Assembly (NCBI GenBank): GCA_963779415.1
Contig: CAVZYA010000001.1
Location: 928,001-992,000, forward strand
Direction of reading: 5' to 3'
DNA: 64,000 nt
Source of the DNA: an uncultured Acidobacteriota bacterium
GTDB lineage: Bacteria; Acidobacteriota; Thermoanaerobaculia; UBA5066
Within the stretch, counting starts at the first letter, position 1. Each line of letters begins with the position of its first letter. A program made the translations under genes and the position numbers. Below, one piece after another: positions 57,425 through 64,000 of the stretch. The notes under the pieces were generated by a model that had not been told where the DNA came from, ran no database searches, and saw only the letters and a program-made list of their open reading frames with translations.

Positions 57425-57976
57425 TCAGGAACGGGCCGGAAGCCCCCCCAGCATCGAACGGACGGCTCTTTGGATCTTCTCCTGGTCCGGCTCGCCGTGC
57501 AGGCCGATCACGCCGGAAGCGACCCCGCGATAGAGGACCGTCTTGCTCTTCGCGCTCACGACGTCGACGACGACGGTGCCGGTCCTGTAGTCCTGCGAGT
57601 AGCCGTAGACGCCCGTCCCCCACCAGGGCCCCCAGATCTCCCAGCCGCTGGTGGAGTAGCCCCAGCGCACCGCGTCCACCTGGCCCGTCTGGCTGACGAA
57701 GACGGCGACGAGAAGATCGGCCGACTCCTTCGGGGCCGCGACGTATCCCTTCCCGGCCATGGCCCTGCCGACTTCGGGGGCCACGCGGTTCTCGATGAAG
57801 TCGACCCCCGCTTCGGTCCTCTCGCCGACGCCTTTCGGCGCGGCGAGGATCGTGTACGAGGAGAACCCGGACATCGAGACGCCCGGCCCGAGTTTTCCGT
57901 CGACCTTGGGACCCGTGGAGCAGGCGGCGACGAGGAGCGCGGCGACGAGGACCGCGAATCGGCGAAGTGAACTCAT
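57425..57976 (-). CDS. DUF4136-like lipoprotein
   Basis: LVAAC lipobox; KGY...ADLLV, G/W/Y-rich segment, YRTGTVVVDVV...VLYRG. Confidence 0.8.
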   Translation of the reverse strand: MSSLRRFAVLVAALLVAACSTGPKVDGKLGPGVSMSGFSSYTILAAPKGVGERTEAGVDFIENRVAPEVGRAMAGKGYVAAPKESADLLVAVFVSQTGQVDAVRWGYSTSGWEIWGPWWGTGVYGYSQDYRTGTVVVDVVSAKSKTVLYRGVASGVIGLHGEPDQEKIQRAVRSMLGGLPARS

Positions 57977-58003
57977 GGGCGGATCGTCTCACGAGCTCCG
58001 GCG

Positions 58004-61000
58004 TCAGCCGCGTCCCGGATCCCAGTCGCCGTCCTCGTCGTCCTCCTCGGCCTTCGGGGCGGGACGCGGCTTCTCCGGCTCCTTGACGATCATCAGCGGC
58101 GGGAAGCCCTTCGTGCGAACCGTGTCGTTGAAGGCCGGGATCGTCTTCGCATAGAGCTCCTCGAAGTCGCGGCGGACCTCCGCGAGCTGCCCCGAGAGGA
58201 GCCGGTAGACCTCCAGCTCGGCAGCCGTCGGCGCGAAGTCCGCGTTGCCCGAGACGTCGCCGCCGCCGGTCCCGGACTCGGCCTGCAGCCAGACGAGCTT
58301 CAGGTAGAGCTGCAGGGGGCCGCGAAACGACTTGACGTCGGCCTCGGCCAGCGTCGGCTGGAGAAGCCGGTCCTCGACGGAGCGGATCTTCGTCTCGACC
58401 TCGTCCACGGCCGCCACGTCCGCGGCCGCAGCCTCGGAGGCCTTCATCATCTTCCGGATCGCTTCGATCTGCTTCCGGCTCCACTCGATCCGGTTGATCA
58501 TCCCCGCCGCGGCGTTGATGTCGTCGTAGAGCGAGAGCGAGAGCGTCGAAGCCGCCGCGATGTCCGCCGGCGTCCCTGCCGAATTCGGGTCCTTCCGCAC
58601 CTCGACCGTCCGCGACAGCTCCTTCCCCTCCACGGAGAGCTTCACCGTGTAGGTTCCGGGTGGGACGAGCGGCCCCTTTCTCGGCGTCTCGATGCCGTAA
58701 TAGAAGATCCCCCGCGCCTCTTTCCCCCGGAACCGCTTCTCTTCCCAGACGTGCCGGTTCCCCGCGGGCGTCGTCCGGAGCCGCACGTCGAGCGTCGGCT
58801 CGTGACGGAGATCCCAGGTGACGCGGTTCATGCCCGCCTTGCCGGTCCCTTTCAGCGTCCGGATCGTCTTCCCCGCCGCGTCGAGGATCGTGACCTCGAT
58901 CTTCTTCCCGTCGGGCGGCTCCGTGACGTCCTCTTCGCCGGGCTTCTCCTCCGCCGCGACCTTCACCGGATCCTTCAGCCAGTAATTGAAGATCGCGCCA
59001 TAGGGCGGGTTCTTGCCCCGGGAGGTGCCTGACGGGGCGAGGTTCGGCTGCGAGACCGGCAGGAAGCGGTAGGCCGGCCGCGGCTCGAACAGGTGGACCG
59101 CGGAGCCGCGCACGGCATCCGTCAGCTGCTCGAGCGGCCCGACGTCATCCAGAATGTAGAAGCCGCGGCCGTAGGTACCGACGACGAGGTCGTGGAAGTG
59201 CTCCTGCACCGTCAGCCAGTAGACCGGCGCCTGCGGCATCTTTCCCTGAAGACTCTCCCAGCTCCCCCCGTCGTTGAACGAGACGTAGAGCGCGTTCTCG
59301 GTCCCGGCGTAGAGGAGCCCCCTGCGGAACGGGTCCTCCCGGACGACGTGGACGTAGCTGAGCGGGCTCTTCGGGATGTTCGACGCGATCGCCGTCCAGC
59401 TCTTCCCGTAGTCGGCCGTCCGGTAGATGTAGGGGTCGCGGCCGTCGACCTGGTGGAAGTCGACCGAGACGTAGCAGGTGCCCGCGTCGAAGCGCGAGGG
59501 CTCGACGCTTCCGACCGTCCCCTTCGGCGGAAGCCCCCGGATGTTCGGCGTGACGTTCGTCCAGCTCTTCCCGCCGTCCCGCGTCACCTGGACGAGGCCG
59601 TCGTTCGTTCCGGCCCAGATCAGCCCCTTTTCGATCGGCGACTCGGCGATCGAGAAGACGACGCCCGCGTACTCGACCGAGAGGTTGTCGACGGTGAGCC
59701 CTCCGGAGTCCCCCATCATCGACCGGTCGTTGAGCGTCAGGTCCGGGCTGATCGTCTTCCAGGTCTGGCCCCCGTCCGACGTCGCGTGGACGTACTGGCT
59801 TCCGACGTAGACCGTGTCGTGGTCGTGCGGAGAGATGGCGATCGGGAAGGTCCAGTTCATCCGGAGCTTGATCTCGCCCGCGCTCGCCCCCATCGTCCGC
59901 TCGGGCCAGACGCTGACGGTCCGCGTCTCGCCCGTCTTCGCGTCGAACCGCTCGACGACTCCGGCGTAGCAGCCCCCCCAGACGACGTCGGCGTTGACCG
60001 GATCGGGGGTGGCCCACCCGGTCTCGCAGCCGGCCGTGGAGGTCCAGAGCGCCGGCGGGATGCCGTATCCCCCCGGGTTGTTGCTCGGCCCGCGCATCGA
60101 GCCGTCGTCCTGCATCTGTCCATAGACGCGGTACGGGATCCGGTTGTCCGTCGTGACGTGATACATCTGCCCGATGGGCAGGCGGACGAAGCTCCACTGC
60201 CTCCCGCGGGTCGTCGAGATCTGAACGCCGCCGTCGTTGCCGATCATCATCCTCGAGGGGATCTTCGGGTCGGCCCAGATGTCGTGGTTGTCGCCTCCCC
60301 ATCCGATCTCCGTGGTCGTCTCGCCGCCGTCGAAGGTCGCCCCCATCCCGTTCGAGGGAAAGTAGACCTCCCGGTCGTTGTCGGGCATGACGAGCATCCG
60401 CGTGTAGTAGTGCGGGCGCTCGTTCAGGAGGCGGCTGTGGTTCACGAGCTTCCACTCCGCGCCGCCGTCGTTCGACCGCCAGAGCGACCCGCGCGCGCCC
60501 GTCTCGATCAGGGCGTAGACGCGCCGGGGATTCGACTCCGCGACCGCCACGGCGATCTTCCCGAGCGGCGGCTCCGGAAGGCCGTGCCCATTCAGCCGCT
60601 TCCACGTCGTCCCGCCGTCCCGCGAGACGAAGATCCCGCTGCCGGGCCCGCCGCTCTTTCGCCCCCACGTCTTGATGTCGACCTGCCACATCCCGGCGAA
60701 GAGGGTCCGGGGATTCGTCGGATCCATCGCGAGATCGGACGCTCCCGTGTTCTCGTCGACGAAGAGAACGCGTTCCCAGCTCTTCCCGCCGTCCGTGGTC
60801 CGGTAGACGCCCCGCTCGGGCTGCGGGCCGTAGCAGGTCCCGAGCGCGGCCGCGAAGACGACGTCGGAGTTCCGGGGGTCGATCACGACGCGGCCGATGC
60901 GCCCCGTCTTCTCGAGCCCCATCCGGGTCCAGCTCTTCCCCGCGTCGGTCGAACGGTAGATGCCGTTTCCGAGCGAGACGTCGCTCCGGATGAACGTCTC

Positions 61001-61378
61001 CCCCGTCCCGACCCAGACGACGTTCGGGTCCGACGGGGCGATCGCGATCGAGCCGATCGACTGCGCCGGCTGGTCGTCGAAGACCGGCATCCAGTGGACG
61101 CCTCCGTCCGTCGTCTTCCAGACGCCCCCGGAGGCGGCTCCGGCGTAGGCGACGTTGGGATCGCCCGGAACGCCCGCGACGGCGCTGACGCGGTTGCCGG
61201 GGGGGCCGATGAAACGGTACGCGAGCGCCGCGAACGGATCGGCTGCTTTCGCGGACGCCGTGTCCGGTTTCGACGGCTCGGTCGCGGCCGCCGCTCCCGT
61301 CGCAAGAGCCGCCGAGAGGATCAACGAAAACATCGCGGGGAGCGGACGGACGGCTTTCACTGTCTTTCTCACTTTCAT
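58004..61378 (-). CDS. Exported VPS10/sortilin-like BNR repeat beta-propeller protein
   Basis: Signal peptide, YRFIGPPGNRVSAVAG, many TxDGGxxW Asp-boxes; homologous to 11648-14749. Confidence 0.88.
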   Translation of the reverse strand: MKVRKTVKAVRPLPAMFSLILSAALATGAAAATEPSKPDTASAKAADPFAALAYRFIGPPGNRVSAVAGVPGDPNVAYAGAASGGVWKTTDGGVHWMPVFDDQPAQSIGSIAIAPSDPNVVWVGTGETFIRSDVSLGNGIYRSTDAGKSWTRMGLEKTGRIGRVVIDPRNSDVVFAAALGTCYGPQPERGVYRTTDGGKSWERVLFVDENTGASDLAMDPTNPRTLFAGMWQVDIKTWGRKSGGPGSGIFVSRDGGTTWKRLNGHGLPEPPLGKIAVAVAESNPRRVYALIETGARGSLWRSNDGGAEWKLVNHSRLLNERPHYYTRMLVMPDNDREVYFPSNGMGATFDGGETTTEIGWGGDNHDIWADPKIPSRMMIGNDGGVQISTTRGRQWSFVRLPIGQMYHVTTDNRIPYRVYGQMQDDGSMRGPSNNPGGYGIPPALWTSTAGCETGWATPDPVNADVVWGGCYAGVVERFDAKTGETRTVSVWPERTMGASAGEIKLRMNWTFPIAISPHDHDTVYVGSQYVHATSDGGQTWKTISPDLTLNDRSMMGDSGGLTVDNLSVEYAGVVFSIAESPIEKGLIWAGTNDGLVQVTRDGGKSWTNVTPNIRGLPPKGTVGSVEPSRFDAGTCYVSVDFHQVDGRDPYIYRTADYGKSWTAIASNIPKSPLSYVHVVREDPFRRGLLYAGTENALYVSFNDGGSWESLQGKMPQAPVYWLTVQEHFHDLVVGTYGRGFYILDDVGPLEQLTDAVRGSAVHLFEPRPAYRFLPVSQPNLAPSGTSRGKNPPYGAIFNYWLKDPVKVAAEEKPGEEDVTEPPDGKKIEVTILDAAGKTIRTLKGTGKAGMNRVTWDLRHEPTLDVRLRTTPAGNRHVWEEKRFRGKEARGIFYYGIETPRKGPLVPPGTYTVKLSVEGKELSRTVEVRKDPNSAGTPADIAAASTLSLSLYDDINAAAGMINRIEWSRKQIEAIRKMMKASEAAAADVAAVDEVETKIRSVEDRLLQPTLAEADVKSFRGPLQLYLKLVWLQAESGTGGGDVSGNADFAPTAAELEVYRLLSGQLAEVRRDFEELYAKTIPAFNDTVRTKGFPPLMIVKEPEKPRPAPKAEEDDEDGDWDPGRG

Positions 61379-61400
61379 GGAAATCCCCGGACGGCCGCGG

Positions 61401-62972
61401 TCACCGCTTCGACGTCCGGTCGATGAACTCCGCGACGTCGGCCTTGAACCGCGTCAGGGAGGAGTCCTGCACGTACATCATGTGGCCTGCCGGGTAGTAC
61501 TTCATCTCGACGTGTCCGCGAAGGTCCTTCGGCAGCTCGAGGTGAGAGACCATGTACTCGGTCGCGAGAAACGGCGTCGCGAGGTCGAAATACCCGTTCA
61601 GGACGAGGACGCGGAGGTCCGGGTTCGTCTTCATCGCGTGGGCGAGGTCGAGCCCGGTGTTCGGAAGGCCCGGCCAGGAGAACATCTGCGGCGCTCCGGG
61701 CGTCTTGTGCTTCGGGTCCCAGGATCTCGCGATCTCGAAGTTCGTGATCGTGTAGGTCTTCTCGGACGGGGCCTTCAGCTCGCCGGTGTAGTACTGGAGG
61801 AACGCCGCCGTGTACGCGTGCGTGATCGCGGCGCTCTGCGGGTCGTAGCCCGCATTCTCGGCGAGGGCGTCGAGAGTCGGCCCGGTGAACCGGGAGTCGA
61901 GCCGCCCGACGACGTCCTTGTGCGCCCGGAGCAACTCCTGCGTGAACTGCGCCTCCCGGACCCGGAGGTCCGCCTTGTCGAGGTAGTCCTCGGAGAGGCC
62001 GGTGTATTCGTGGAGCTTCTTGATGACCGCCGCCCGCTCGGCCGGGCCGAGCGCGTCCCCCTTCATCAGCGCCGAGGTGTAGGGACCGAGCGCGAAGGCA
62101 CGGACCTCGTCGAGAAACGGCTCCAGCTTCTCGGGACGGCTCGGGAGCAGCTTGTGGTACCACGCCGTCGCCGCGTACGTCGGGAGGAAGAGCGGGAAGG
62201 GACGGTCGTTTCCCGGACCGTTGAAAATCGCCTCGAGATCGAGGGCGACCGAGACGAGGATGACGCCGTTGAACGACATCCCGTACCGTGACTGGAGGGC
62301 CTCCACGACTCCCGCCGAGCGGGTCGTGCCGTAGCTCTCGCCGAGGAGGTACTTGGGCGAGTTCCAGCGCCCGTTCTCCGTCACCCACTGCCGGATGAAC
62401 CGCGCCACCGAGTCGATGTCGGGGTCGACGCCCCAGAAGTCCTTCTCCTTCGCCCCTCCCACGGCGCGCGAGATCCCGGTCCCGACAGGGTCGATCATGA
62501 CGATGTCCGTCTTGTCGAGAATGCTCGACGCGTTGTCGACGAGCCGGTACGGCGGAGGCGGCGTCGGCTCGGCGTCCGAGACGACGATCCGCTTCGGCCC
62601 GAGGGCGCCCATGTGGAGCCAGATCGAGGAGGAGCCCGGACCGCCGTTGTAGGCGAAGGTCACCGGGCGCCTCCCGGCGTCCGCCGAGTCCTTCCGGACG
62701 TAGGCAACGTACCCCATCGAGGCCCAGGGCTCGTCCTTCTCGTTCCGGACGATCAGGGTCCCCGCCGTTGCCGTGTACGCGACCGTGACTCCGCCGATGA
62801 CGGCGCTGTGCGACGACACGGACTTCTCCGCCCGGGGCGGCTCGGCCTTTTCGGCTCTTTCTGGCTTTTCGGACCTCTTCGGCGCCTCGGCGGCCGGACT
62901 CTCCTGGGCCCGCGCGGCGGCGGAGAGGAGCGGGATCAGGGCGGAGAGCAGGGAAACGGCGATTCGTCTCAC
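61401..62972 (-). CDS. Exported serine carboxypeptidase (peptidase S10)
   Basis: GTG start at 62972 after AGGAGG; signal peptide; YNGGPGSSS, IDPVGTG, GESYG, FDLATP, AGHMMY. Confidence 0.92.
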   Translation of the reverse strand: MRRIAVSLLSALIPLLSAAARAQESPAAEAPKRSEKPERAEKAEPPRAEKSVSSHSAVIGGVTVAYTATAGTLIVRNEKDEPWASMGYVAYVRKDSADAGRRPVTFAYNGGPGSSSIWLHMGALGPKRIVVSDAEPTPPPPYRLVDNASSILDKTDIVMIDPVGTGISRAVGGAKEKDFWGVDPDIDSVARFIRQWVTENGRWNSPKYLLGESYGTTRSAGVVEALQSRYGMSFNGVILVSVALDLEAIFNGPGNDRPFPLFLPTYAATAWYHKLLPSRPEKLEPFLDEVRAFALGPYTSALMKGDALGPAERAAVIKKLHEYTGLSEDYLDKADLRVREAQFTQELLRAHKDVVGRLDSRFTGPTLDALAENAGYDPQSAAITHAYTAAFLQYYTGELKAPSEKTYTITNFEIARSWDPKHKTPGAPQMFSWPGLPNTGLDLAHAMKTNPDLRVLVLNGYFDLATPFLATEYMVSHLELPKDLRGHVEMKYYPAGHMMYVQDSSLTRFKADVAEFIDRTSKR

Positions 62973-63019
62973 GTTCTTCCTCCTTGGAGATGCGATTGTC
63001 CGGCAGGGTTGGGGTCTCG

Positions 63020-64000
63020 TCACCGCGGGAGCGCCGCCCTGGAAAGGGCGACCTTTCCGGCCACGACGAGCGCCTGCGTCAGGTCGGCGATCAGATCGCG
63101 CACGTCCTCGCAGCCGACGGCGATCCGGACGAGATCGTCCGTGATTCCGGCCGACTCGCGCTCCTCCCTCGACATGCCCCGGTGCGTCATCGAGGCCGGA
63201 TGCTCGATCAAGGTCTCGACTCCTCCGAGGCTCACGGCCAGGGTGGCGAGCGTCACGCTGTCGATCAGCGCCCGGCCCCCTTCGAGTCCCCCTTTCACGC
63301 CGAACGAGATGACGGCGCCGGGTCCGGCCATCTGCCGAAGGGCGAGGGCGTGCTGCGGGTGGCTCGGAAGGCCGGGGAAGCGGACCCAGGCCACGCCGGG
63401 GTGCCCCTCGAGAAATCGGGCGATCTCGAGCGCGTTGGCCTGGGCGCGCTCCATCCGGAGCCCGAGAGTCTTGATTCCCCGCAGGATGAGCCAGGCCTGG
63501 TGCGGGTCCATCGTTCCTCCGAAGAGTTGATGGACCTTCCGGAGACGCTCGAGATGCTCCGGCCGCTTCGCCACGACGGCGCCGCCGACGACGTCCGTGT
63601 GGCCGTTCATGTACTTCGTGAGGCTGTGCACGACGACGTCGGCGCCGAGAGCGAGCGGCTGCTGGAGAACCGGCGACGCGAACGTGTTGTCGACGACGAG
63701 AAGCGCCCCCCCGGAGTGCGCGATCTCCGCGCACTCCGCGAGATCGGTGAGCTTCATCGTCGGATTCGCCGGCGATTCGATGTAGACCATCCTCGTCCCG
63801 GGCCGCATCGCCGAAGCGACGTTCCCGGTGTTCGAGGAGTCGACCCAGGACGACACGACGCCGAACCGGCGGTACTCGTGCTCGAGGACGAGGCGCGACG
63901 GACCGTAGACCGAGTCCGTGCCGACGACGTGCGCTCCGGCCTCGAGGAAGGTGAGGTAGACCATGTTGATCGCGGCCATCCCGGTGGCGGCGCCGAGGGC
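63020..64000 (-). CDS. Trans-sulfuration PLP enzyme (methionine gamma-lyase/cystathionine gamma-synthase family), 5' end outside the window
   Basis: TGMAAI, ESPANPT, VDNTF, HSLTKYMNGHTDVVGG, AVSLGGVETLIEHPASMTH. Confidence 0.92.
   Translation of the reverse strand, partial: ALGAATGMAAINMVYLTFLEAGAHVVGTDSVYGPSRLVLEHEYRRFGVVSSWVDSSNTGNVASAMRPGTRMVYIESPANPTMKLTDLAECAEIAHSGGALLVVDNTFASPVLQQPLALGADVVVHSLTKYMNGHTDVVGGAVVAKRPEHLERLRKVHQLFGGTMDPHQAWLILRGIKTLGLRMERAQANALEIARFLEGHPGVAWVRFPGLPSHPQHALALRQMAGPGAVISFGVKGGLEGGRALIDSVTLATLAVSLGGVETLIEHPASMTHRGMSREERESAGITDDLVRIAVGCEDVRDLIADLTQALVVAGKVALSRAALPR

Noticed and set aside
1-64000. CRISPR arrays, tRNA/rRNA genes, IS elements
   Set aside because: No spaced direct repeats, RNA-gene signatures, transposase ORFs or terminal inverted repeats seen; nearly all sequence is explained by CDS

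Overview
GC-rich bacterial window; the gene families suggest Acidobacteriota, possibly Thermoanaerobaculia-like (inference). It is dominated by 14 paralogous receptor-type Hanks Ser/Thr kinases (K1-K14). Each has an RD kinase domain, one TM helix and a TolB/PD40-like beta-propeller ectodomain. Ten of them, plus a PDZ-Sel1 lipoprotein, form one ~28 kb head-to-tail, largely translationally coupled array (23659-51874, minus strand). The paralogs are mosaics: near-identical DNA patches are shared between otherwise divergent copies, and a sharp ectodomain-swap boundary sits right after the TM helix. This suggests a recombination-diversified sensor-kinase repertoire. The flanks carry nupC, exported S9A and S10 peptidases, a dienelactone hydrolase, two VPS10/BNR propeller proteins, vapBC, fhs, a Tat-signal PLP aminotransferase, ackA, phosphoketolase, a globin, a DUF4136-like lipoprotein and a trans-sulfuration PLP enzyme. 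There are also two internally collapsed gene remnants. Frameshifts in K12, K13 and the PDZ-Sel1 gene look like consensus artefacts. No rRNA, tRNA, CRISPR, transposase or reverse transcriptase was seen.
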